Of a stretch of DNA of 42,819 nt, positions 25,540-35,149 are shown in pieces (the stretch's first letter is position 1; each line of letters begins with the position of its first letter). The position numbers and the translations under genes are program-made. This DNA comes from a virus (taxonomy: Duplodnaviria; Caudoviricetes): positions 1-42,819 of the IMG/VR virus record IMGVR_UViG_3300036713_000250, one strand, 5' to 3'. The notes beneath the pieces are model-generated. The model was not told the DNA's origin and ran no database searches. It worked only from the letters and a program-made list of their open reading frames with translations.

Positions 25540-25557
25540 TTTATAACCAATTAATTT

Positions 25558-26205
25558 ATGCCAGAAGATGAAGATGTCCAAAAAGATCCAGAAATGGATA
25601 ATGAGGGAGATAAAGAGGCGGAAAAAGATGAAGAGGTTTCAGATGAGGAAGCGGATAAAAAGCTTGCTGAGTTAGAAGAAAAGGCGAAGCGAGCTGAGGA
25701 ACTTGAGAAAGAGTTAGCTGAGAAGGAGGAACAGCTAGCGAAGTTATCAGGAAAAGAGTTGAACTTTAAGAAGTTCAGAGAATCAACTAAGGCGGAGAAA
25801 GATGAAATGTTGAAGAAATATAACGAGAAGGAAAAGATGTTAGTTGAGAAGATGAGTGAGATAGAGGGGAAGCTTACGGCTACAGAGCAGGCCAGAATGG
25901 ATGAAGCTAAAGATGCTTTTCTTGATGGAGTGGGAGCTGATGATGACTTGAAAAAGAGGCTAGAGTTAGGGGTGAAAGAGTCTATAGCTTTTTATGGTGA
26001 ACCTAAAACACCTCAAGAATTGCGAGAACGGTATCAGAAAGCGTATACACTTTTGAAGGGTGAGAGTGCAAAGGTTAATCCGTTAAATAAGTTTGTACCT
26101 ACTACTACACATATTGAGGGGTCTAGCAGGAAAAGATTTACAGACACTCAACAGGGTCGGAGTCTTTTAAAAGATAGCTTTGGTATAGATTTAGATAAAA
26201 AATAA
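25558..26205 (+). CDS. Putative scaffolding protein
   Basis: Acidic N-terminus and E/K coiled coil, between portal and capsid. Confidence 0.65.
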   Translation: MPEDEDVQKDPEMDNEGDKEAEKDEEVSDEEADKKLAELEEKAKRAEELEKELAEKEEQLAKLSGKELNFKKFRESTKAEKDEMLKKYNEKEKMLVEKMSEIEGKLTATEQARMDEAKDAFLDGVGADDDLKKRLELGVKESIAFYGEPKTPQELRERYQKAYTLLKGESAKVNPLNKFVPTTTHIEGSSRKRFTDTQQGRSLLKDSFGIDLDKK

Positions 26206-26221
26206 TTTAACAAAATAATAT

Positions 26222-26983
26222 ATGTCAAAAGAAAGATATAAAGAATTAAAGAATAAGGGGTGGCAAAATCTTAATAAAGATGAGCGGGTTGAATATTCTA
26301 ATTTTAAGAATAGTTATGATGGAGCTGATGCAAATATGCCTAAGCCTACAGTTAGTCAGCCAAAAGAGAATACTGAGGAAAAGATTAGTTTAAGTAAGTC
26401 AGAGTTGTCTAAACTTTTGGAAGACGTGGCAGAGAAAGCGGTGCGCGAGCAGTATATGTCAAAGGATAAGGACGGAAACAAAAAATTATATGGGAAGTTT
26501 GGTGAATGGTCAGAGGTTGACGAAGCGGATAATGCTTTACAGACAGCGACTTTTAAACTGTGGCAAGAGTCAGCAGATCAAGAAAAAGGGTTGATAATCA
26601 AGGCTGATTACTTAAAGGATGAGTGGAATGAAGAAGAGCATAAGTTTAATAAAATTGTTTATAGGATTGAATTGCTATATACAGATGGAAAAACAGAGAC
26701 TAAGGATGTTGATTTAAGGCAACTGGTAAAAATTTCTGATGTTGAGAAAGTTAAGATTGTTAAGAATGATAGAAAGAAGATGGTGAAGACAGATGGTACA
26801 GTTATTGTTACACCTAAGAATAAAGACAATTATCAGGTTAGAAGAGTTGATTTTAATCCAATGGGAGACTCATCAGGAGGATTTGAAGTGCCTTTAACTG
26901 TTGAGAGGTATGAGGAAGTGTTTACTTTAAAACGTGACAATGGTCAGGAGTTTCAAGCAGAAGCAAAATATCTTAACATGTAA
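26222..26983 (+). CDS. Hypothetical protein
   Basis: 253-aa ORF with TAAC leader. Confidence 0.8.
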   Translation: MSKERYKELKNKGWQNLNKDERVEYSNFKNSYDGADANMPKPTVSQPKENTEEKISLSKSELSKLLEDVAEKAVREQYMSKDKDGNKKLYGKFGEWSEVDEADNALQTATFKLWQESADQEKGLIIKADYLKDEWNEEEHKFNKIVYRIELLYTDGKTETKDVDLRQLVKISDVEKVKIVKNDRKKMVKTDGTVIVTPKNKDNYQVRRVDFNPMGDSSGGFEVPLTVERYEEVFTLKRDNGQEFQAEAKYLNM

Positions 26984-26987
26984 AATT

Positions 26988-27647
26988 ATGGATAAACAAA
27001 AATTAGAACAACAAACAAAAGAGCGGAGATTAAAGAGATTGGAGCCAGTAGTCTTAAAAGCGTTAGAGCTTTTACTAGAGGCTGATATAGAGTTGTTTAG
27101 TACGAATTATGTTAAAGCTAGAACGATTGAGATTGTGGAAAAGACTTTTAACAAGATAGATTTTAAGAGTCATGAGATAGAGAAAGTTAGAAAGGCTTTT
27201 GTTGATGTGGTAGCGGATGGGTTACTTAGACAAGTGCATAACTGGAAAGACGAGCGTAAGCAGTTGATGGAAGATGTGAAGATTAAGGATAAGAAACAGA
27301 AAGCTAAAGAAGCGTTGAGTAGATTAGATAGATTAGAGGGGAAAGTGCCAGAAGGTAAGACAGAAGAAAGGGATTTTAAGTGTGAGGAAATATGTCAAAG
27401 ATTAGCTAGAATGTTGTTTGATAAGAAAGTCTTGTTAGGTGATGAGGATTATTTAGATGGTTTTATAGAGTTAGACAATGAGTTGATCTTGGCCGTACCA
27501 GCTTATAATTCTGTGAATGAGTTGTTTGAGACAGTATATGATGCACTTGATGAGAGTTACAAGAGGGCTAATAAAAACTTGTGGGGAAAAGAAAGAGAAG
27601 AGATAACACTTAAACAAATTGATAAACATTTAAAGAATGAAAAATAG
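26988..27647 (+). CDS. Hypothetical helical protein
   Basis: ATG 26988 has TAAC 10 nt upstream (ORF track start 26934). Confidence 0.75.
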   Translation: MDKQKLEQQTKERRLKRLEPVVLKALELLLEADIELFSTNYVKARTIEIVEKTFNKIDFKSHEIEKVRKAFVDVVADGLLRQVHNWKDERKQLMEDVKIKDKKQKAKEALSRLDRLEGKVPEGKTEERDFKCEEICQRLARMLFDKKVLLGDEDYLDGFIELDNELILAVPAYNSVNELFETVYDALDESYKRANKNLWGKEREEITLKQIDKHLKNEK

Positions 27648-28302
27648 TTTTCCAAAAATAATAGGAGCTGGATGTCCTCGTAGTGGGACAATGTTTTTAG
27701 CAGATCTATTAACTCAAGGTGGTCTACCAATGGGGCATGAAACGTATTTTGGCAATCCTAATGGTGGTACTTGGATTGATGGAATGGTCGGGGATGTTTC
27801 TTGGTTATCTGCGCCTTTTTTGCATGAATACAAGGGGAAGGACAGGGTTATTATACAGATAGTTAGAGAGCCAATAGCACACATAAATTCTTTAATAATG
27901 TCAGATTTCTTTGAGGAACATTCTTTTAGAGGGAATACAGGTACAAGATTTGTAGAATTATATCTACCTCAAATAAGACTGTTTGGTCTTTTAGATAGAT
28001 ATATTTATTTCTGGACTAAGTGGAACCAGATGATTGAGCCTTATGCAGATTTTATTTATAGACTAGAAGATTTATCAAAGAATCCAAGTGAGATATTTGA
28101 AGATTTAAAACATGATATAGGGGATAAGGTCGTTAAGTTGAGGAAAGTTAATGCACATAAACACAAGAATACTGGATTAACACAGGAAGATTTTAAGAAG
28201 TGTGAGCTTTATGGGGATCTTATACAAGGGATGCACCATTATAAATATGAGTATGACAAGGGCATAAAAGGAGTTGTTAAGTCAGAGGTAATTATAAAAT
28301 AG
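27637..28302 (+). CDS. Sulfotransferase-family protein
   Basis: IGAGCPRSGT (5'-PSB loop), GHE, IIQIVREP...NS (3'-PB), YRLEDL. Confidence 0.7.
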   Translation: MKNSFPKIIGAGCPRSGTMFLADLLTQGGLPMGHETYFGNPNGGTWIDGMVGDVSWLSAPFLHEYKGKDRVIIQIVREPIAHINSLIMSDFFEEHSFRGNTGTRFVELYLPQIRLFGLLDRYIYFWTKWNQMIEPYADFIYRLEDLSKNPSEIFEDLKHDIGDKVVKLRKVNAHKHKNTGLTQEDFKKCELYGDLIQGMHHYKYEYDKGIKGVVKSEVIIK

Positions 28303-28466
28303 TCTTTACTTTTAGCTTAAAACGTGCTAGTGATATAGACAGACTTTCGACATAGCACCCTCGTTACGGGGCTACAGGTATATGTAGCCTTTTTGGTTGC
28401 ATATATAAGTGCGTAAGGGGTTTTCGCATACCTCAATTTTTATTAATTTATTTAACCAAAACTAAA

Positions 28467-28877
28467 ATGAGTTTTGAACCAGCTACAGGTAAATGGAACA
28501 TGAGAAAGATGCCATCAAAAGCGTCTACAGCTTATGCGCCTGGAATGATGATTTACAATGATGGTACTGATAATGTGCCAGTTGCTACAAGTACTCAAGT
28601 TAATACTAAGGGTATTTGTTTGACAACAAAAGCCTCTACAGACACTACAACATCTGCTATTTATGTACTTTGCCCTAGTGATTGGAGCGCTGAATTTTAT
28701 GGTGACGTTACAGGAACGCTTACAGCAGCAATGGTAGGGGATCAATTTGATTTTGCAGCAGGAGCCTTGACAGTTGCACAGGCAGCATCTACTTATGATG
28801 TGGTTGAGTGTACAGGGTTTGAGTCAGCATCAAAGGGGAAATTCCGATTAAATCCTACCTTAGGAGTAGAGAACTAA
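28467..28877 (+). CDS. Putative capsid decoration/cement protein
   Basis: 136 aa, T/A/G beta-rich, directly before the major capsid gene. Confidence 0.55.
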   Translation: MSFEPATGKWNMRKMPSKASTAYAPGMMIYNDGTDNVPVATSTQVNTKGICLTTKASTDTTTSAIYVLCPSDWSAEFYGDVTGTLTAAMVGDQFDFAAGALTVAQAASTYDVVECTGFESASKGKFRLNPTLGVEN

Positions 28878-28903
28878 AAATTATTATTTAACAATTTAGA
28901 TCT

Positions 28904-29917
28904 ATGAGTGGATATAGTTTAATTTCATCACTTTCATTCTCAGACTTTGTAGATACTACTGATAGAGTACATGCAAAAGGTGAGATGTTAGTGGAAGATC
29001 TTGAGCCAGCTAAAAGTTTGTTCAAGGTTGTAAATGTGCCAATGCACACAGGAGACAGAAGAATTTTCGATGAGTATGATGGAGAAACTTATGCTCGATA
29101 TAAAATTGAAGGTGGGGACGCTTCAAAAGTTAAGGCTATCAAAGGATGGTCAAAAACTTGTACAATGAGAAGGTTTGCAGCTGAAATTGATATTACTTGG
29201 GAAATGCGTAACGTGGGTAAAGACCAAGAGATTATCAACCGTCTTACAAATCTTTCAAAATATTGTCCTCAGAGAATGGCGTTAGATCTTACACACAGAT
29301 TTACATTCGCAACTTCTACATCTTATACAGATATGGATGGGGAAACTGTTGATGTATCTGGTGGATCAACAACAGCAACAGCACTTGTTGATTCAACACA
29401 GGATTTGACAGGATCATCTAGTACTTACTCAACTGTAATTACTGGAAGTCCAGCTTTCTCAAAAGGAGCGTTTGAAGTGGCTAGAGAAAGAGCTAATACT
29501 CAAATTGTTAGCAACTTCAATGAAAGACGTGTTATGAACTTCAACACAATTGTAACAGGTGATGATCCTAGTACAGTTGATGCGGTTCGTACTTTCCTAA
29601 GATCTACTACAGACCCAACACAAAACAACTCAGGTGTAGTTAATACTTATCAAGGAGTTGCACGTCACGTGATCTTGCCTCGATTGGCTACTACAGCTAC
29701 AGGAGCTTATGATTCAACAAAAGCTAAATGGTGGTTTTATGTGGCAGCAGGTGAATGGCAAGGGTATCTTGGAATGTGGGAAGCACCTAATCTAAAAACA
29801 CCAGCTACAGGAAACAACGGTGAAGACATCCATAACGACAACTGGACATTTGGAACTAGAGCATCATGGGGTATTTGTCATGTTGTAGCTAGAGGTGTAT
29901 TAGGAAGTTGTCCGTAA
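28904..29917 (+). CDS. Major capsid protein
   Basis: 337 aa; position; HK97-like pattern YKIEGG...RRFAAEIDITWEM...WFYV...FGTRASWG. Confidence 0.8.
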   Translation: MSGYSLISSLSFSDFVDTTDRVHAKGEMLVEDLEPAKSLFKVVNVPMHTGDRRIFDEYDGETYARYKIEGGDASKVKAIKGWSKTCTMRRFAAEIDITWEMRNVGKDQEIINRLTNLSKYCPQRMALDLTHRFTFATSTSYTDMDGETVDVSGGSTTATALVDSTQDLTGSSSTYSTVITGSPAFSKGAFEVARERANTQIVSNFNERRVMNFNTIVTGDDPSTVDAVRTFLRSTTDPTQNNSGVVNTYQGVARHVILPRLATTATGAYDSTKAKWWFYVAAGEWQGYLGMWEAPNLKTPATGNNGEDIHNDNWTFGTRASWGICHVVARGVLGSCP

Positions 29918-30000
29918 AATTTTATTTCCGTTTATTCCTTAGAGCAACATAAGAACCTCGGTGGGTGGTGGTAAGGAAATAGACAATAACAAAAGAAAAT

Positions 30001-30738
30001 ATGAGTTATAATATAAATTCTGGATATGGGCTATTACAAGCTCATTCTCTGTCAACCCCTGTAGGGGGAAAAACTTTTGTAGTAGCAGCGTCAAGTTCGG
30101 GGAATAACTATAATAGATTGTCAGATATTTTTCCTCCTGATTATGACGGTGTAAATAGATTACATGCTACTCCAACAGCAGCTTTAGCAGCTTGTACAGC
30201 AGGAAACGGTGATATAATTTATTTAGATCAGTCTTATGCAACTGCTTTAACTGAAACAGAGTTAGAGAGTGCAGCGACAAAAGGTGTAGGGATTTATCCT
30301 TTATTGCCGTCAAATGCAGCAGGGCATTATGTCACTCAAACTAATATCGCTACATTACCTCAAACTGCTGATGGATCTTTATTTACCATTACTGGAAAGG
30401 TAAAGGTGCATCAAATTGTTGGTGAAGTTACAACAGTAATCCAGACACAAGCTAATAATACTTTGTTAAAAATTAATCCTACAGTGGGTGCAGATGTAGA
30501 TATTTGTGCAGCATTGGATATTAGTGCTGATGCGGATGGAAGCTTGTATACCATCACTGGAACTTTCGCAGATGCTTTGATAAATACAGCGTCAGGCGCA
30601 GTGCCAGAACAGGCTTTAGCAGTAGTGTTGACAGCAGGGGTACTTGAGCTTGAGTGTGCAGCTTCTAACACAGGTGCGGTAAAATGGACGGCTGTATGGG
30701 AACCAGTAGATCCAGGGGCAATGATGCTTGCAGCTTAA
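30001..30738 (+). CDS. Virion structural protein
   Basis: A/T/G-rich; TPTAALAACTAGNGDIIYL; follows the capsid gene. Confidence 0.6.
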   Translation: MSYNINSGYGLLQAHSLSTPVGGKTFVVAASSSGNNYNRLSDIFPPDYDGVNRLHATPTAALAACTAGNGDIIYLDQSYATALTETELESAATKGVGIYPLLPSNAAGHYVTQTNIATLPQTADGSLFTITGKVKVHQIVGEVTTVIQTQANNTLLKINPTVGADVDICAALDISADADGSLYTITGTFADALINTASGAVPEQALAVVLTAGVLELECAASNTGAVKWTAVWEPVDPGAMMLAA

Positions 30739-30762
30739 TAGTTAGTATTTAACAGTTTGATT

Positions 30763-31005
30763 ATGCCTAAAAAAAAGGTTGAGAAAAAAACGGAGAAGGT
30801 CGTGAAGAAGCTAGTACCAAAAACTAAGGTGGTAAAAAAGGTTGAAGTAGTAAAGGAGGTTGAAGTTGATCCCCGCTTAAAAGTTGAAGAGAAAGGAGTT
30901 TGTTTTGACGAGGAAGGAGAACCTACAAAATTTGTAGAGGGAAAAGTTTCAGCTAATGGAAAGAGTATTACTACTTTAGATGGGGTTACTTATTCTTTAG
31001 AATAA
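30763..31005 (+). CDS. Small K/V/E-rich protein
   Basis: MPKKKVEKKTEKVVKK...; ATG 30763 with TAAC leader. Confidence 0.7.
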   Translation: MPKKKVEKKTEKVVKKLVPKTKVVKKVEVVKEVEVDPRLKVEEKGVCFDEEGEPTKFVEGKVSANGKSITTLDGVTYSLE

Positions 31006-31063
31006 TCTGTTTAAGTAGGGGAAGGGGTCGAGGTGATACTCGATTCTCCCCTTAAACAGATTA
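31003..31063. repeat. Long intergenic stem-loop
   Basis: TAATCTGTTTAAG/CTTAAACAGATTA 13-bp outer arms; inner TCGAG-GTGATA-CTCGA. Confidence 0.85.
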
Positions 31064-31092
31064 GAGAAATATATTCTTTAATAAAAATTAAC

Positions 31093-32112
31093 ATGGGACA
31101 ATTATTAGGTGACCAGGCGGATGTTACGTCAAGATCACCGTTAAAAGTAAAAAGGGTTGATGATGCGTCAGTTGTTGAAGATGTATCGGCTGAAACGGTT
31201 ACGTTTCAATATGATAACTCAGGGGCTTTAGCATCAGCAACAGGTCAGGCAGCAGGAACAATGATTTATGCGAAACTTGATTATGATGGACTCTTAAATA
31301 GTTTTAAAGATAAGGTTGGGGATATGAAGGACTCTAGTTTTGAATTTGTGACTGGGACTGTTCTTACAACCGCTTTAGCACTTGATATAGAGATTGAGGT
31401 TGATAAGTGGAGGAGGATGACGGTTACAGAGAAATTTGCAGAGATGGCAAAGTGGATGAAAACTAATGGTCAATATTGGGTAGATCATGCAGATGGTGCA
31501 GTATGGGGATTAGCAGCAGCAAATGTAGCTGATGACACAGCTAACTATTCTTACAAGTCTCCTATAAGTGGAGGTAGTGGAGGTGATAAGGTTGATCTTA
31601 TAAAGATTGGCGGGACTTCTGTTGATTTAGGCCAAGAGGCAGCAGCTAGTTCTTTTCCAGTAGTGAGTCCTAATTATGATGCAGCCACAGATTCCGATAA
31701 AGCTTCAGAGGTAAGCCCTTTAGATTCACATTATGAAAATAGTTTTGTGGATGTAGATACTACAAACGTGGGAGCGGGGCCAACTTATTATCCAGCAAGT
31801 ACAGGGGTTTCAATGGACACTTTAAAATCTATGAGCTTTTCAGGGAAGATAATTGAAGGGGATGCAGAGCTTAACACTCTTACGGTTGAGGTTACTAATG
31901 ATGAGGATACTACTAGCGGAGATTGGCAACAGATATATTTCTTTGACAACCTCTCTAATGCTTGGGTTAATTCTTACACATGTAACGGTACTACAACTCA
32001 AATGGCAGCCTCTTTAGATAACCTTGATTTTAGATATGTAAGGTTCAAATTTGTTGGAGGTGCGAGTGCAACAAACACATTGATTATTAAAGCAAGGGCA
32101 GTCCCTCTTTAA
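31093..32112 (+). CDS. Virion structural protein (hypothetical)
   Basis: ATG 31093 preferred because the GTG at 31033 lies in the hairpin; beta-rich and acidic. Confidence 0.65.
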   Translation: MGQLLGDQADVTSRSPLKVKRVDDASVVEDVSAETVTFQYDNSGALASATGQAAGTMIYAKLDYDGLLNSFKDKVGDMKDSSFEFVTGTVLTTALALDIEIEVDKWRRMTVTEKFAEMAKWMKTNGQYWVDHADGAVWGLAAANVADDTANYSYKSPISGGSGGDKVDLIKIGGTSVDLGQEAAASSFPVVSPNYDAATDSDKASEVSPLDSHYENSFVDVDTTNVGAGPTYYPASTGVSMDTLKSMSFSGKIIEGDAELNTLTVEVTNDEDTTSGDWQQIYFFDNLSNAWVNSYTCNGTTTQMAASLDNLDFRYVRFKFVGGASATNTLIIKARAVPL

Positions 32113-32144
32113 AAATTAGTGTTTTATATCTTAAATAAAATATC

Positions 32145-32525
32145 ATGCAAAATAGTGTAAATTCACAAACAGGTAGTATAGTAGGCGATGGTTCACCTAC
32201 AATAGATTCTATCCAGCAAGTATCTATTAATCTTACTACAGGAGCTGATCAAGTTTTAGTTTCGAGTGCAGCCCTTAAACAAATATGGGTGTATGGGGTT
32301 ACTTTCTCATGCGGAGCTGATGGAGTGACTGTAAGCTTTCAGGATGAAGATGATACTGCTATTACAGGAGTAATGCCTTTCGCTCAATATGGGGGATTAT
32401 CATCAAGCCCATCGGGGAATTTTTCAATGCCAATTTGGAAACTTGGGACAAATAAAGATTTAGAAATTGACATTACAGGCGGTGATGTTGATGGATGGCT
32501 TACTTACGCATTAGTATCAGTATAA
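32145..32525 (+). CDS. Small beta-rich virion protein (hypothetical)
   Basis: ORF track; structural module. Confidence 0.65.
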   Translation: MQNSVNSQTGSIVGDGSPTIDSIQQVSINLTTGADQVLVSSAALKQIWVYGVTFSCGADGVTVSFQDEDDTAITGVMPFAQYGGLSSSPSGNFSMPIWKLGTNKDLEIDITGGDVDGWLTYALVSV

Positions 32526-32534
32526 TAATTATAA

Positions 32535-33056
32535 ATGGTTTTAGATCAAAGTTTTACAACAAATGATGGTGATTGGCCTTGTGGGGCAAATTCAAATACT
32601 ACTTATGCAACACAAGGGGTTAAGTGTGGCCTTGCGGGAAAGATAGAAGCGGTAGACTTATATCTCAAAAAGTTAGGTACGCCTACAATGACGTTCTACG
32701 TGGGGATTTGGAGTGTGGACGGATCACAAAACCCTGATGCTTTAGTTTCTGATGAAACGGCTCTTGATCCTTCGAGTTTAGATACTTCTTATAGTTGGGA
32801 GCAAATCTTAATTACTGGGTCTCCTGAGTTTGCGGTGAATGATGATCTACAAATTGTAGTTAGGGCTGGGGCGGTAGACTCTGATAACAGGATGGCTTGG
32901 GGGTCCGATAGTAATCAAGGCTATGCTAATGGAGAAAGTTATAGGGCTTCTGATGGGGTGACGTGGACAGATACAGGAAGAGATTTAAACTTTAAAACTT
33001 ACGTTTCATCTGGGGTGGCAGGAGGTATAAAAGCCCTTATGATGGGAGTAGGATAA
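32535..33056 (+). CDS. Beta-sandwich virion protein (hypothetical)
   Basis: AVDLYLKKLG...SYSW...YANG...TW...DLNFKTY pattern. Confidence 0.65.
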   Translation: MVLDQSFTTNDGDWPCGANSNTTYATQGVKCGLAGKIEAVDLYLKKLGTPTMTFYVGIWSVDGSQNPDALVSDETALDPSSLDTSYSWEQILITGSPEFAVNDDLQIVVRAGAVDSDNRMAWGSDSNQGYANGESYRASDGVTWTDTGRDLNFKTYVSSGVAGGIKALMMGVG

Positions 33057-33071
33057 ATAATTAATAATAAT

Positions 33072-33626
33072 ATGCAAGCAAGCGAACGCAAAACACAGAT
33101 AGATACAACTACTCATGCAGGTATAATCATAGATTATGCTCATCATGAGGTGCATAGTGGAAGTCATTATTCTGTTAGAGGGTATCAAGATTTGGCTATA
33201 AATAACGTGCTTGATTTTACATGGCAAATGCCTAATACGACAAAATGGATTCATTGGACATGGAGGATTGAAACAGAAAGCGAAACGCAATGGAATGTAT
33301 ATGAAAAAGCGGTAGCCACTACTCCATTAGCCAATACTGTTACTCCTATTAATAATAATAGAAACTCATCTAATACATCAGGTACAACAATGAAATTTGA
33401 GAAGCAAACAAATCTAGCAGGGGCAAATGCTGATACAGATGTGACAGGTGCAACATTATTATGTTCTGGGATAAGTGGGGCAGGGAAAGATTCAGGCAGG
33501 GCGGATAGGAGCAACGAACTCATAATGAAACAAAACGCTTTATACTGTTTAAGGGCAATAGCAACAGCAGCAGGATATATAAACTTTGCGATGGAATGGT
33601 ATGAACATACAAATAAAACATTATAA
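33072..33626 (+). CDS. Hypothetical virion protein
   Basis: ORF track; IDYAHHEVHSG His cluster. Confidence 0.7.
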   Translation: MQASERKTQIDTTTHAGIIIDYAHHEVHSGSHYSVRGYQDLAINNVLDFTWQMPNTTKWIHWTWRIETESETQWNVYEKAVATTPLANTVTPINNNRNSSNTSGTTMKFEKQTNLAGANADTDVTGATLLCSGISGAGKDSGRADRSNELIMKQNALYCLRAIATAAGYINFAMEWYEHTNKTL

Positions 33627-33641
33627 TTAACAAACTTAAAC

Positions 33642-33932
33642 ATGGAAAAAATTAAACCAACAGATTATGTTGAGCCTGAAAAAGAGGGAGGGGTGTTAGA
33701 GATTAGTGAGAAGAAAGAGGCTGAATTAATTGCTAAGGCGATTGAATTATTGGGTGAGGATGCTTTGTCTTTAAAGGAGTTGATGGATAGAGTGGAAGCT
33801 TTTTATGTAGCTGATAACGTTCATTACACATCTGCACAATTGAAAGATGTTTGTGAGAAAGCAGGTTTACAACTTAATCCTCCAATAGAGCTAGAAGTTG
33901 AGGAAGTAATACCAGAAGTAATAACTAAATAA
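33642..33932 (+). CDS. Acidic hypothetical protein
   Basis: ORF track; TAAC leader. Confidence 0.7.
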   Translation: MEKIKPTDYVEPEKEGGVLEISEKKEAELIAKAIELLGEDALSLKELMDRVEAFYVADNVHYTSAQLKDVCEKAGLQLNPPIELEVEEVIPEVITK

Positions 33933-33934
33933 TT

Positions 33935-35149
33935 ATGTATAGGTATCCAAAAAATATGGGAGATAGGCAGGTATTTAGAGAAGATTTTACTAATACAAAT
34001 ACAACTACGCAGAATGGTGGAACTATAAACAATTCCCCAACTATAAATAAAGGTGTTACCTTAAATGGAACTACCCAGAATATTACATATTCAGACCCAT
34101 TTTTGGGGATTAAAACGGTAAAGATAACTCTTGAGGCTACTACAACTACAGAGGATATAATGAATTTAGATAGTGGTACTCATACTATTGAGGTGGGGGC
34201 AGGAACGGTTACAGCCACAGGTTTTTCTAGTCCAACTATTTATGTGGACGGTGTAGCCTCAAGCACCTTAACAACAGCAAAGAGTACTATTGTAATTACA
34301 ACGGATACAGCTTTTGACGCAACGGCTTTAGATATTGGAAAAGAAACAACCTATTTTGATGGAGTTATTTACAGGGTTGAACTTTATACTGAGGCGTGGA
34401 GTGCAGAAACTGTTTTGGACGACTTTGAAAACGATACTTATAACGAAGTTGATGCTAATAAGGCAGCAGTTTATTTACCTTTAAGAAGTAGATTTAATGA
34501 TGGTAGTAATGAGGTTACGGAAAATCTAGGTACTTCTTTAGCTAATGCAATTGTAGGGGATGGTTCGACTTCGACAACTTTTCCAACATTTTTAAATCCT
34601 CATGGTGCTAATCTTGATGGCGGAGATTATTTATATCTTACAAATAGTAACAAATTTGAATTTGATAATGATGAGCCTTTTAGTTTAGTTGTAGCGGTTA
34701 AGGATATGATTGATGATGGAAGTGGTGATTTGATAGTAGCAAAAACAAAGGCAGGATTTTTGACGGTAGGGAGTAATGGGTCAGAAGGATTTGATCTACT
34801 CTTTAACGGTGGAATAGCACAATTTAGGGTTAGAGATTCAAATGATGCAGCTTCTTTAGCTACTGGTACACAAAGTATAGTTGGCGGAACTCATGTAATA
34901 GTAGCGACTTTTGATTGGGTTAATTCAAAGATTTATATAGATGGGATATTAGATGACACAACAACAGCAGCCTCAATGAATGGTGATTTATCTCCTGAAA
35001 GTGGGAATTTAGTTTTAGGAGCTTATCAGACTCTTAACGGTGGATATTTGAAAGGGTCAATCTTAGATTTCTATTTATTCCCACAAGCTTTGACTTCACG
35101 ACAAGCAAGGTGGATGACAGCGTATCTGTTTAACAAATTAAATGTATGA
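33935..35149 (+). CDS. LamG/concanavalin-A-like domain tail protein
   Basis: FSLVVAVK...HVIVATFD...KIYIDG...LVLGA...LKGSILDFYLFPQALT. Confidence 0.75.
   Translation: MYRYPKNMGDRQVFREDFTNTNTTTQNGGTINNSPTINKGVTLNGTTQNITYSDPFLGIKTVKITLEATTTTEDIMNLDSGTHTIEVGAGTVTATGFSSPTIYVDGVASSTLTTAKSTIVITTDTAFDATALDIGKETTYFDGVIYRVELYTEAWSAETVLDDFENDTYNEVDANKAAVYLPLRSRFNDGSNEVTENLGTSLANAIVGDGSTSTTFPTFLNPHGANLDGGDYLYLTNSNKFEFDNDEPFSLVVAVKDMIDDGSGDLIVAKTKAGFLTVGSNGSEGFDLLFNGGIAQFRVRDSNDAASLATGTQSIVGGTHVIVATFDWVNSKIYIDGILDDTTTAASMNGDLSPESGNLVLGAYQTLNGGYLKGSILDFYLFPQALTSRQARWMTAYLFNKLNV

Noticed and set aside
28340-28435. tRNA in the GC-richer intergenic region
   Set aside because: No cloverleaf or T-loop GTTCRA consensus could be built.
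29900-30003. Frameshift or readthrough extension of the major capsid protein
   Set aside because: No slippery heptamer before the TAA. Readthrough meets another stop after 18 codons, and the next gene is in a different frame.
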